64,000 nt of DNA, taken from Myxococcota bacterium (lineage in GTDB: Bacteria; Myxococcota_A; UBA796; GCA-2862545). The notes beneath the pieces are model-generated. The model was not told the DNA's origin and did no database searches. It saw only the letters and a list, made by a program, of their open reading frames with translations. Both the position numbers and the translations under genes were made by a program. Shown here piece after piece: positions 29,566 to 38,888 of this stretch. The stretch covers positions 57,744 through 121,743 of the forward strand of contig JBCCQY010000005.1 of NCBI GenBank assembly GCA_039208735.1, in the 5' to 3' direction. Position 1 is the stretch's first letter; each line of letters starts with the position of its first letter.

Positions 29566-31200
29566 GTGCGTGCCCTGTCCGACGTGGCCCAATCTTTGGG
29601 GCTTTCGCCCGAAGACTACGACTTGTGGGGCCCCGAACGGGCCAAGATCCGCCCTGATGTGCTGATGCGCCGCCGAAGCCGTGAGGGGCAGGGGCGGCTC
29701 GTCCTTGTCAGCGCCATGACGCCGACCCCGGCGGGAGAGGGCAAGACGACGACGTCGATCGGACTTGCGCAGGGGCTAAGCCAGCTCGGCGACAGCGTGG
29801 TCACCTGCCTTCGCGAACCCTCTCTGGGCCCCATCTTTGGGGTCAAGGGCGGCGGCACCGGAGGGGGGAAGAGCCAGCTCCACCCGGCTGTCGACATCAA
29901 CTTGCACTTCACGGGCGACTTGCATGCGGTTTCGGCGGCGAACAACCTCCTTGCCGCGATGATCGACAACCACCTGCACTTCCGCCTCGAGCCGAGGCTC
30001 CACCCCGGACGCATCCAGTGGCGGCGCGTCGTCGACATGAACGACCGTGCGCTGCGGCAAATCGTGGTCGGGTTGGGCGGGGCCAAAAACGGTACGACGG
30101 GCGAACGCCACTTCGACATTACGGCTGCGAGCGAGGTCATGGCCATTCTGTGCCTCGCCGATAGCGTCGACGACCTGCGGACGCGTCTAGGGCGCATCCT
30201 CGTGGGGTTCGACGAAGGCGGCAAACCTGTCACGGCCGACACCTTAGGCGCCACCGGGGGCATGCTCGCGTTGCTCAAGGATGCGATGCGGCCCAATCTC
30301 GTCCAAACCTCCGAAGGGGTGCCCGCCATCGTGCACGGGGGGCCCTTTGCGAACATCGCGCATGGCTGTTCGAGCGTACTGGGAACGAGGCTCGGTCTGC
30401 AGCTTGCCGACTGGGTGATCACCGAAGCGGGCTTTGGCTTCGATCTGGGTGCGGAGAAGTTCTTCGACATCAAGTGCCGTTCGGCGGGTCTCGACACCGC
30501 GGCGGTGGTGTTGGTGGCGACGGCCCGGGCGCTCAAGCACCACGGCGGTGCCGAGGCCGATGCCTACGGAGTGCCCAATCCCGATCGGGTGGCCGCGGGG
30601 CTTGGCAACCTTGAAAAGCATCTCGAAAGCGTCCGTCACTTTGGTGAGACGCCCATCGTGGCGCTGAACCGGCGGCTCGAAGACACCGAGGAGGAGATTG
30701 CCGTGGTTCGGGAACGGTGCGCCGAGCTTGGGGTGGCCTTCGCCGTGGCCGATCCTTACGGGACCGGCGGTCCGGGGTGCACCGATTTGGCCCGGCTCGT
30801 GAAGCAGCATGCCAAGACCACCGACGACCCCTACCGGCCCGTCTACACGCTCGAGCAGCCCGTGGAAGAGAAGATCGCGGCGATTGCCAAGTCGATCTAC
30901 GGTGCTTCAGGGGTGGCGTGGACGGGTGCGGCGCGCACCGCCGCAAACCGGGCGCGTCGCCTGGGCTACGGGGACCTTCCCGTGTGCGTCGCCAAGACCC
31001 AGAGTTCGCTGTCTGACAATCCAAAGCTTCGGAATCGGCCGACCGACTTCGAGGTCACGGTGCGCGATCTGCGCATCAACGCAGGCGCGGGCTTTCTTGT
31101 TGCCCTCTTAGGGGATGTGGTTCGCATGCCCGGCCTACCCAAACGCCCCACCGCCTGGGACATCGACGTCGTCGATGGAACCATCCATGGCGTGGGCTGA
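29566..31200 (+). CDS. fhs: Formate--tetrahydrofolate ligase
   Basis: TPTPAGEGKTTT, LREPSLGP, INLHFTGD, HGGPFANIAHG, EAGFG.DLGAEKF, AKTQ.SLSD and MPGLP. RBS AGGAGG. Confidence 0.95.
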   Translation: MRALSDVAQSLGLSPEDYDLWGPERAKIRPDVLMRRRSREGQGRLVLVSAMTPTPAGEGKTTTSIGLAQGLSQLGDSVVTCLREPSLGPIFGVKGGGTGGGKSQLHPAVDINLHFTGDLHAVSAANNLLAAMIDNHLHFRLEPRLHPGRIQWRRVVDMNDRALRQIVVGLGGAKNGTTGERHFDITAASEVMAILCLADSVDDLRTRLGRILVGFDEGGKPVTADTLGATGGMLALLKDAMRPNLVQTSEGVPAIVHGGPFANIAHGCSSVLGTRLGLQLADWVITEAGFGFDLGAEKFFDIKCRSAGLDTAAVVLVATARALKHHGGAEADAYGVPNPDRVAAGLGNLEKHLESVRHFGETPIVALNRRLEDTEEEIAVVRERCAELGVAFAVADPYGTGGPGCTDLARLVKQHAKTTDDPYRPVYTLEQPVEEKIAAIAKSIYGASGVAWTGAARTAANRARRLGYGDLPVCVAKTQSSLSDNPKLRNRPTDFEVTVRDLRINAGAGFLVALLGDVVRMPGLPKRPTAWDIDVVDGTIHGVG

Positions 31201-31203
31201 CCG

Positions 31204-31674
31204 CTAAGGACCGAAGGTGTTGTTCAGCGAGCTGCCAATCGCCATGACCGCGATGAAGCCGCCGCAGTAGAGCACCATGAAGACGAGGCTCGTGATGCCC
31301 ATCAGCCGCCAAAAGTTGCGATGGGCGCGCAGCACGTTGGCCAGCGCAGGAAGTCCGCCCCCATTGGCCAACGCCGTGATCGCGGTGCTCTGTTGGATGA
31401 GCAACCACGCGAACGCACCGTAGAGCAGCACGATGGCCAAGTAGGGAATCGCCAGTCCCAACAGCAGGAGGTTCTCGCTCGAGCCGGTCGCTAGCCCGGC
31501 CAGACCTCCCAGCACCGTGACGGCGGTTGCGAGGCCGCCAAGACCCGCCACCAGCGCGGTTAGCACACCGATGAGGAGCAGCCACGGCCGCGTCTGCGTC
31601 AGCAGCCGTTGGTGTTCTTCCGTTCTGGCGTCGTCAGGGGTGTCGAACGCCTGAAACGGGTTGTCATCCGCCAT
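31204..31674 (-). CDS. Three-TM membrane protein (DUF5362-like)
   Basis: NPF N-terminus, LTQTRPWLLLIG, FWRLMGI; three hydrophobic helices. RBS GGAGG. Confidence 0.6.
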   Translation of the reverse strand: MADDNPFQAFDTPDDARTEEHQRLLTQTRPWLLLIGVLTALVAGLGGLATAVTVLGGLAGLATGSSENLLLLGLAIPYLAIVLLYGAFAWLLIQQSTAITALANGGGLPALANVLRAHRNFWRLMGITSLVFMVLYCGGFIAVMAIGSSLNNTFGP

Positions 31675-31787
31675 GTCTTCGTCCTCCGAGGTTCCCACGA
31701 TAGCTCGGAGGAGGTCGTGGAAGGTCCCAGGGAAACGTCCCAGCAACGCAGTGCCCAGAGCGTCAGATCCGTCCCAAGGAGGAGCGC

Positions 31788-32567
31788 ATGCTGTGGTGGA
31801 TTAGCGCGTTGGCATGGGGGCAGGTCAATGCCGAAGATCTCGCAGACAAGGCCGGCTCGCCCGGACTCGCTGGAGACCTCTCGGCGCGTGGCGCGTTCTT
31901 TTTGGGGAACCTCGATTTGGTCGATGTTGAAGGGGTGGCTCGCGGCCATTGGACGCGCGTGGACCCCAAGACCGAAGCCCTCCGCACACGCCTGCTCGCC
32001 CAGATCAGTGGTGCTTTGCGCACGTTGGCGGGGCGTCGCCTGCTCGACCAACGGTTGATCCACCTTCGTGCCACGCACTTTGACCGCGCCCGTTTCGGCC
32101 CCGATGTCTTCGCGCAGCTCAACAATGACGTCATACGGCTCCTGAGGTGGCGAGCGGTGGGTGGGGTTGGGGTCTCGGCGCGCCCTTTCGTGTTCGATGC
32201 CTGGGAGGTGGGGTTCGGCACCGCCTACATGGCGGAGTTTGAAGACCGCAATGTGACGGATGAACCAAGGCAAGTCCTGAATCACCGGTGGTCGACCTAC
32301 GTGTCTTGGACCGCCCAACTGCACGAAACGTTCTCCTGGACCAACACGGTCTACGTCCAACCCCGATTCGACCGGTTTGCCGACCTTCAGGTGCTCAATG
32401 AAACCGCCGTTCGGTTTGCGGTCGCCAAGTGGTTGTCGTACGTCACCACGGTTCAGCTGCGCGTCGATACCGAGCCCCCGATGGGTGTGGTACCCGTCGA
32501 TGCCAGGTTCATCGTTGGCTTAATGCTGCATGGGGCTCGGCCGCCGCACCTTCGTGCACCCCTCTGA
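31788..32567 (+). CDS. DUF481-like outer-membrane beta-barrel protein
   Basis: Signal peptide, QVNAE, GNLD, amphipathic strands, NTVYVQPRFD and DTEPP. Confidence 0.7.
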   Translation: MLWWISALAWGQVNAEDLADKAGSPGLAGDLSARGAFFLGNLDLVDVEGVARGHWTRVDPKTEALRTRLLAQISGALRTLAGRRLLDQRLIHLRATHFDRARFGPDVFAQLNNDVIRLLRWRAVGGVGVSARPFVFDAWEVGFGTAYMAEFEDRNVTDEPRQVLNHRWSTYVSWTAQLHETFSWTNTVYVQPRFDRFADLQVLNETAVRFAVAKWLSYVTTVQLRVDTEPPMGVVPVDARFIVGLMLHGARPPHLRAPL

Positions 32568-32662
32568 CGGGGGCGAGGGTTCGAATTGTCCCAAGGCGTC
32601 GTCCTAGAGGCGGCCACTCGGAGTCGGCAGATTGGTCGGGCAACTTGAATGAAGGAGCATCC

Positions 32663-33409
32663 ATGAGTGGCGACCTGAATCCGACGTTTCCTGGCCGGCC
32701 CAAGCGCGTGTTGATCATCGCGGCAAACCCCACGGTCAGCGAGCAGACGGGCTTTCCGATTGGGTTTTGGTGGGCTGAACTGACCCATCCGTATTGGGTC
32801 TTCATCGAGGCCGGCTACGACGTTGAAATCCGCAGCCCTAAGGGGGGGCGTCTCGAGGGTGACAAGTGGTCCGACCCTCGGGATGAGAGCGGGTATTCGG
32901 CGGACGATGTTCTGAGCCTTGGCTTCATTGAATCTCAAAAGCACCGTGCACTGGTCGAAAATACGGCCAGCATCGAAGACGTGAACATCGACAACTACGA
33001 CGCGATCTTCCTCGTGGGCGGCCAGTCGCCAATGTATACGTTTTACCGGAACGAAGCGTTGACCAACCTTCTGGTGCGGTTTTACGAATCGGGTAAGGTC
33101 ACCGCAGTCGTGTGCCATGCCACGTGCATGTTGCTCGATGCCAAGCTGTCCAGCGGCGATCTGATGGTGAAAGGAAAGACCTGGACGGGATTCGCGAACA
33201 GTGAAGAAATCTTTGCGGACGAATTCGTGGGGAAGAAGATCCAGCCGTTCTGGATCGAAGAAGAAGCGCGCAAACTGACCGACACCAACTTCGTAGTGGA
33301 CCAGCAATTCAGGCATTTCGCGGTGCGCGACGGCCACCTCATCACAGGGCAGCAACAGCACTCCGGTGCGGCAGCGGCGCAGCTCGTTGTGGAAGCCCTG
33401 GGACGCTGA
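32663..33409 (+). CDS. DJ-1/PfpI (type 1 glutamine amidotransferase-like) protein
   Basis: GFWWAELTHPY, SPKGG, YDAIFLVGGQ, nucleophile VCHA, TGF, LITGQQ. RBS AAGGAG. Confidence 0.88.
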   Translation: MSGDLNPTFPGRPKRVLIIAANPTVSEQTGFPIGFWWAELTHPYWVFIEAGYDVEIRSPKGGRLEGDKWSDPRDESGYSADDVLSLGFIESQKHRALVENTASIEDVNIDNYDAIFLVGGQSPMYTFYRNEALTNLLVRFYESGKVTAVVCHATCMLLDAKLSSGDLMVKGKTWTGFANSEEIFADEFVGKKIQPFWIEEEARKLTDTNFVVDQQFRHFAVRDGHLITGQQQHSGAAAAQLVVEALGR

Positions 33410-33430
33410 CCCATCGCTTGGGAGAGACGA

Positions 33431-34681
33431 ATGACGCAAACGCCGCTCGAGCCCGAGATTGTAGTCAATAGCCGTGAAGAACTCATCTTCTTGCTTCAGG
33501 AAGCCGCCGAGATCGAACACGGGCTGATGTGCACGTATCTCTACGCGTCTTGGAGCCTCAAAGGTGCAGACGATGGGCTTTCCTCGGCGCAGGCGGAGGC
33601 CGTGGAACGGTGGCGAAAAGCCATCGTGAGCGTGGCGGTGGATGAAATGCTTCACCTGGCGGTCGTAAGCAATTTGCTGACGGCGGTGGGCGCAGGGCCT
33701 CATCTGTCAAGGCAGAACCTCCCCGTCACGCCGGGCTACCACCCCGGCGCCCTGGTGGTGAAGCTCGCTGCATTCAACGAAAGTACCATCGATCACTTCG
33801 TCTACCTCGAGCGTCCGGAAGGGGTGGAGCTGCCGGATGGCGCCGAGTTTGTCCACGGCACGTGGGTTCGGCCTTCCCTTTCGAGGGACACCTGGATGCC
33901 CACCGCGCAGGACTACCTCACCGTGGGCCACTTCTACCGCTCTCTGCGGGCTGCGTTTACGCGCTTGGCGAACCGGCTGGGAGAGCAGGCGCTGTTTTGT
34001 GGAGACCCCGCTCGACAAGTCGGGCCCGGCATCTTGGATTGGGACGGACTTGAACCGGTGGTCGATGTCGTGTCGGCCCACCGGGCCATTGACCTGATCG
34101 TTGAGCAAGGGGAGGGGTCCCCAGGTCACGTCGAGAATTCGCATTACGCGCGGTTTTGCACGATTCAGGAAGAGCGCAAGGCGCTGCAGCAGGCCGATCC
34201 GAGGTTCGAACCCGCGCATCGATGCGCCACCAACCCGGTCCAGAAACGGCCCCCGAAGCCGGAAGGGCGGGTCCACATCGTGCACCCTCCGGCCGCACAG
34301 CTGCTCGATCTAGGCAATGCGACCTACAATTTGATGCTTCGGACGCTCGCCCAAGGACTGGGGGCGGATGCCTCCATCGAAGCACGGCGTGGCTACATTG
34401 ATGCGGCGATCGATGGGATGAAGCTACTGGATCGGATCGGTCGACAGTTAGCTCGAATGCCGGCGGACCCCGAACGGCATCCGGGTATCCACGCGGGGTT
34501 GAGCTTTGCGGTCACCCGGGGTCAGGCCTTCCTTCCCGAGGCCGGCGCTGCCAAACGACTCTTGAGTGAGCGGTATCGTGAGTTGGCCAGTGCGTTTCGG
34601 CAGGTCGAAGGCCAACTTGGGGGCGTCGAGATGGTGGCGACCCAACTTGCAGAACTTGGCGCCGGATTGCCCACCGTGTAG
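33431..34681 (+). CDS. Ferritin-like domain protein (VioB-like ferritin fold)
   Basis: LQEAAEIEH, YLYA.WSLK, DEMLHL..VSNLL, LERP, IVEQGEG and SHYARF. Confidence 0.8.
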   Translation: MTQTPLEPEIVVNSREELIFLLQEAAEIEHGLMCTYLYASWSLKGADDGLSSAQAEAVERWRKAIVSVAVDEMLHLAVVSNLLTAVGAGPHLSRQNLPVTPGYHPGALVVKLAAFNESTIDHFVYLERPEGVELPDGAEFVHGTWVRPSLSRDTWMPTAQDYLTVGHFYRSLRAAFTRLANRLGEQALFCGDPARQVGPGILDWDGLEPVVDVVSAHRAIDLIVEQGEGSPGHVENSHYARFCTIQEERKALQQADPRFEPAHRCATNPVQKRPPKPEGRVHIVHPPAAQLLDLGNATYNLMLRTLAQGLGADASIEARRGYIDAAIDGMKLLDRIGRQLARMPADPERHPGIHAGLSFAVTRGQAFLPEAGAAKRLLSERYRELASAFRQVEGQLGGVEMVATQLAELGAGLPTV

Positions 34682-34718
34682 GTCGCGAAGGGATACGCGT
34701 CCGGCATCAGGAGGAAAC

Positions 34719-35198
34719 ATGGGCTTCCACGATTTCACAATGAACTCGATCACCGGTGAACCGGTCGATTTTCGCCAATTCGCCGGGAAGTTCAGCCTGG
34801 TGGTCAACGTCGCCAGTTTTTGAGGCTTCACTCCGCAGTACGCAGGTCTGCGTACCCTTCACGATGAAGTTGACGACATCCAGGTGCTTGGCTTTCCGTG
34901 CAACCAGTTCGGGGGGCAAGAGCCGGGCAGCAACGAAGAAATCCTCGCCTTTGCGACCGAGAAGTACGGCGTGACGTTCCCGATGTTCGCCAAAATCGAG
35001 GTCAATGGGCCTGGGGCAGCGCCGCTCTACGGTTGGCTGAAGGAACAACAGCCAGGGACCGGTGACGCTCCCGACATTCCCTGGAACTTTGCAAAGTTCC
35101 TCGTGAACCCTGAGGGGCAGGCGGTCGCCCGTTGGGAGCCGTCCACCACGCCTGAACAAATCCGCGCCGAACTCGATCGGTACCGCAGCGGCGCTTAG
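34719..35198 (+). CDS. gpx: Selenocysteine-containing glutathione peroxidase
   Basis: LVVNVASF-U-GFTPQY (TGA 34821-34823), LGFPCNQFGGQEPG, FPMFAKIEVNG and WNFAKFLV. RBS AGGAGG. Confidence 0.93.
34824..34871 (+). promoter_or_regulatory. SECIS element of the glutathione peroxidase
   Basis: GGCTTCA/TGAAGTT lower stem and perfect GTACGCA [GGTC] TGCGTAC upper stem. Its GCAGGTCTGC apex matches the E. coli fdhF SECIS apex. Confidence 0.85.
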
Positions 35199-35476
35199 TC
35201 GTCCTTTCCGCCGCCGCGCAAGCCAAGCACCCGGATGAGGATGAGCAGGACGATGGCCCCGCCGATCGACCCGACGAGGTTCGCGGGTTCAAAGGCCATG
35301 GGGTCGCTGCTCTGGTTGACGAGCAGGTTCCAAGCGAACCCGCCGCCGAAGGAGCCCGCGATGCCGAGCAGGATGGTGCCGATGAGCCCCATGGGGTCGC
35401 GGCCGGGGACGAGGAAGCGGGCGATCAGCCCCGCGAGTAGCCCAAATCCACTGTAGCTAAGAATCGTCCACACCAT
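35195..35476 (-). CDS. GlsB/YeaQ/YmgE family (transglycosylase-associated) membrane protein
   Basis: GLLAGLIARFLVPGRDPMG.IGTILLGIAGSFGGG...SIGGAIVLL. Confidence 0.85.
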   Translation of the reverse strand: MVWTILSYSGFGLLAGLIARFLVPGRDPMGLIGTILLGIAGSFGGGFAWNLLVNQSSDPMAFEPANLVGSIGGAIVLLILIRVLGLRGGGKDD

Positions 35477-35547
35477 GTTGTCCATCCTTACGGCAAGCAT
35501 CTGGACGTGAGGACTACCGGATGTGGCAGGCTCCGACAACCGGATGG

Positions 35548-36747
35548 TTACTCGGGTGTCGCCGGGGCGGCCGGGTAGCCGTCAACTTTCTCATCGTGGC
35601 ACGACTGGCACGGAGCGGTCGAGTGCGCCCCCGTGAGCGGGAAGCTCACCGTGCCGTGGTCGAACGACGAGGGGGCGAAGCCCTGGGGACGGTGGCAGGG
35701 TTCGCAAGCGCCAAAGTCGCCGTGCGCCTCGTCGCCGGCCGCGGCGTGGCATCCGGCGCAGTCCTTCGGCACCCCACGAAAGCGGTTCTGGTGGCACTGG
35801 TCGCAACTCACGGCAAGGTGCTTCCCGCTCAAGGCAAACGCCGCCTTGGAGTGGTCGAACCGGCCTTCGCTCCAAGACAGTGCAGTGTGGCACTGGCTGC
35901 ATTCGCCGAGCGGTTCATGCGGCCGCTCCGCCTCGTGACACCCCGAACACAGCTCTGGCGTATCCGTGAAGCGGAACTTCTCGTGGCACGCGAGGCAGGG
36001 GACCGTCTGATGCTTCCCGGGAAAGGAACATCCACAGGGGCCATGGTCGAAGGAGGCGGGTTTGAAGCCACTCACCTGGTGGCACTGGCTGCACTCGCTC
36101 GTGGTTCCACCGTGGGCCCGGTCGTGGCAGTCCGAACACACCGTGTTGGGGTCGAGGTGTTCGCCGTGCAGGTGGCAGTCGACGCAGGCCAGGCCTGAAT
36201 GACCACCGGTGGTCTCGATGAAGTGAGCTTCGAGCGTCTTGATCTGGATCCGCCAGCCCGCGTCGACATGACAGGCTTCGCACTCGGGTCCAAACTCGCT
36301 TTGGTGCACATCGTCATGGCACTCCGCACAGCTACCCCCAAGTTCGTCGAGGGGACCGTCGTGGCAGGCTTCGCACTTGAGCCGGCGGTGTCGTCCGCCA
36401 AGTGTGAACCCGGTTTCGGCGTGGTCAAAGGCGGCGAGCACCTCGGGCTTGGTCGCAGGACCCTTGGCCCCTCCGTGGTCGGGATGGCAGGCCACGCATG
36501 CTTCCGCGATGACGCTTGCGTGGTAGCCCTCGCCCTGACGTTCGCGCTCGGCAACTCCGGTGTGACAGGCCAGACAGCGATCGTCGGGCACGCCGTCGAA
36601 CACCGCGTGGCACTTGTCGCATTGACCGGCAATGTCCTCATGGGCGGAGAGCACATGGCCTGGCGAGAGCATCGCTCGCCAGTCGGCTCCCAAGAGAACG
36701 AAGGCAGCGACGATGAGCCACGTCGCCCTCATGCGTGTTGCGAACAT
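35548..36747 (-). CDS. Periplasmic multiheme cytochrome c (16 CxxCH)
   Basis: Signal/anchor, LSPGH..SAH, 16 CxxCH counted, FDH..T.F.L.G.H repeats. The ATG overlaps the upstream TGA. Confidence 0.9.
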   Translation of the reverse strand: MFATRMRATWLIVAAFVLLGADWRAMLSPGHVLSAHEDIAGQCDKCHAVFDGVPDDRCLACHTGVAERERQGEGYHASVIAEACVACHPDHGGAKGPATKPEVLAAFDHAETGFTLGGRHRRLKCEACHDGPLDELGGSCAECHDDVHQSEFGPECEACHVDAGWRIQIKTLEAHFIETTGGHSGLACVDCHLHGEHLDPNTVCSDCHDRAHGGTTSECSQCHQVSGFKPASFDHGPCGCSFPGKHQTVPCLACHEKFRFTDTPELCSGCHEAERPHEPLGECSQCHTALSWSEGRFDHSKAAFALSGKHLAVSCDQCHQNRFRGVPKDCAGCHAAAGDEAHGDFGACEPCHRPQGFAPSSFDHGTVSFPLTGAHSTAPCQSCHDEKVDGYPAAPATPE

Positions 36748-37556
36748 CACCAAAGCTCCGACCAGGGGTTGAACAAGATGCCCAGCACGACGTGCACCAG
36801 CGTGATCACGTAGAAGGCAGCGGCCATGGGCCGATGCACCTGAATCCAGGTGCTGAAGATGCGTCGCGCCGTTTGCAGGACGGCACGCTGGCGTACGAGC
36901 ACAATGCGTCGAGCCGCGAGCCGCTCCATCTCCGGGTCCACCGAAAGCAATTGGAGTTCGCGCAAGGCGCGCCCACGGGCAAATCCAGCCGCGACCATGC
37001 CCATGAAGCCTTGGCGGGCCGGCGGGCGCTGCCAAAGGGCGGTGACCTCGTCTGGCATCGCATGGGGAAGCCCTGCGATCTCGGCCTCGAGTTCGCGTTC
37101 CGAGAGGTGCTGGCCCGCCAGCGTTTTGGGCACCTGCGCAAAGAGGTAGCGGCCAAACACGCCGGAAGCGAAGACCACGGTGAGCGCGTAGAGGTTGAGC
37201 ATGCCGGGGTTGACGAGAATAGGGGTTCCGTGACGCCAAAACAGCGGCAAGCAGTGCAGGTACGAAAGAAAGATGCCTTCGAGGCCCAAGAAGATGTGCA
37301 GGTGGAGCCACCACGACAGCCGCATCCAACGCCGAAGGGTCGCGTTGCGGCGCGCCACCGAGTACACGTGCATCGCCAACATGCAGACCAGCCCGATGGT
37401 GCCGACCAGCCCATTGAGGATCGACCCGGCTGATGGGCGGACCACGAGATAGGTCGGCACGAGAACCGCGATCTGGGCCGCGATGAAGGCGAGGTACGCG
37501 GCGGCAATCATCCGGCCCGCGTCGCGCCGCCCTAGTCGTTTCGAGGAGTCAGCCAT
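36747..37556 (-). CDS. Integral membrane protein with conserved His pairs (cytochrome b / ferric reductase-like)
   Basis: About five TM helices; YSVARR, WLHLHIFLG...SYLH and WIQVH.P...LVHV. Start is 37556 or 37511. Confidence 0.65.
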   Translation of the reverse strand: MADSSKRLGRRDAGRMIAAAYLAFIAAQIAVLVPTYLVVRPSAGSILNGLVGTIGLVCMLAMHVYSVARRNATLRRWMRLSWWLHLHIFLGLEGIFLSYLHCLPLFWRHGTPILVNPGMLNLYALTVVFASGVFGRYLFAQVPKTLAGQHLSERELEAEIAGLPHAMPDEVTALWQRPPARQGFMGMVAAGFARGRALRELQLLSVDPEMERLAARRIVLVRQRAVLQTARRIFSTWIQVHRPMAAAFYVITLVHVVLGILFNPWSELW

Positions 37557-38883
37557 GGTCGTTTCCGTCCTCGGTGGTGTGTTGGTCGTGGGGTTGTTGG
37601 CCGTCGTGGTCGCAACGGTGGTCGCGGGTCGGCAGACCCAGCGGCAGATCACGAAGGCGCGGGCGGATCAGTCCGATGCCAAGGCCAAAGGAGCGCTTCC
37701 GCCCAGTCTTCATCCCAAGATCGACCCCGACCGCTGCATCGGGTCCGGGTCGTGCGTCACCGTCTGCCCCGAAACCGACGTCCTCGCGGTCCTGGACGGA
37801 CGGGCGGAAGTCGTGAATCCGACCTCCTGCATCGGGCATGGGGAGTGCCTGCGAGCATGCCCCGTTGACGCCATTGCCCTGGTGTTGGGCAACGAACGGC
37901 GCGGTGTCGATATTCCCATGGTCGCGGCTGACTTCCAGACCAACGTCCCTGGGCTGTACGTGGTGGGGGAGCTGGGCGGCATGGGGCTCGTCCACAACGC
38001 GATGACCCAGGCCCTCCAGTGTGTTGAAGGGCTGCGGCGACAGGTTCCTGCGGCCCAAGCGGGGGTTCACCAACTGATCATCGTCGGGGCCGGGCCTGCA
38101 GGCTTGGCCGCGGGTCTGGCCGCCAAAGAGGCAGGGCTCGACTTCGTGGTCCTCGAACAACATTCGCTCGGGGGCAGTGTGCTGCACTACCCGAGGCACA
38201 AGATCGTGATGACCCGCCCCGTCAAGCTCCCACTCTACGGGTCGCTCCAGCTCGGCGAGGTGCGAAAAGAAGCCTTGCTCGAGACTTGGCACGACATTCA
38301 GGCACGTGCCGAACTGCCGTTGCGCGCTGGGGTTCGCGTCGATGCGGTCACGCGAGAGGCCGATGAGACGTTTCGGGTGACCACCAGCGAAGGTGAATTT
38401 TGCGCCCACCGGTTGATGTTGGCCATGGGACGTCGGGGCACGCCTCGCAAGCTGGGGGTGCCCGGCGAAGAGCAGGGCAAGGTCGTCTACCGCCTCATCG
38501 AGCCCGAAGCGTATCGGGGCCTCCGTTGCGTGGTCGTAGGGGGTGGAGATGCGGGCGTTGAAGCCGCGATCACGCTCGGTGAGGTCGGAGCGGCCGTCCA
38601 CCTGGCACATCGGAAAGGCGTGTTCGACCGCATCAAACGGAAGAATCAAGAACGGCTCGATGCCGCCGTAGCGGCGGGCACGGTCACGGTGCTGATCCAC
38701 ACCACCGTTTCGGCGATCGGGAAGGCGACCATCGACCTGTCCGTCAACGGGGCTCCCCAGACCCTCGACAACGACCACGTCTTGATTTTCGCTGGAGGCG
38801 TGTTGCCCACCGACTTCCTCACCCAAGCGGGGGTCGAGATCTCGACCTACCGCGGAGAAGCGTACGCTCCGGCCAACCTCTGA
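37555..38883 (+). CDS. Membrane-anchored ferredoxin plus thioredoxin-reductase-like FAD/NAD(P)H oxidoreductase
   Basis: N-terminal TM; CIGSGSCVTVCP and CIGHGECLRACP; GAGPAG, GRRGTPRKLGVPGE and GGGDAGVE. RBS GAGGAG. Confidence 0.85.
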   Translation: MVVSVLGGVLVVGLLAVVVATVVAGRQTQRQITKARADQSDAKAKGALPPSLHPKIDPDRCIGSGSCVTVCPETDVLAVLDGRAEVVNPTSCIGHGECLRACPVDAIALVLGNERRGVDIPMVAADFQTNVPGLYVVGELGGMGLVHNAMTQALQCVEGLRRQVPAAQAGVHQLIIVGAGPAGLAAGLAAKEAGLDFVVLEQHSLGGSVLHYPRHKIVMTRPVKLPLYGSLQLGEVRKEALLETWHDIQARAELPLRAGVRVDAVTREADETFRVTTSEGEFCAHRLMLAMGRRGTPRKLGVPGEEQGKVVYRLIEPEAYRGLRCVVVGGGDAGVEAAITLGEVGAAVHLAHRKGVFDRIKRKNQERLDAAVAAGTVTVLIHTTVSAIGKATIDLSVNGAPQTLDNDHVLIFAGGVLPTDFLTQAGVEISTYRGEAYAPANL

Positions 38884-38888
38884 TCGTT

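Noticed and set aside
36748..37329. N-terminal 194 aa of the 593-aa cytochrome ORF
   Set aside because: It overlaps the membrane-protein gene in another frame; the signal peptide and coupled start are at 36747.
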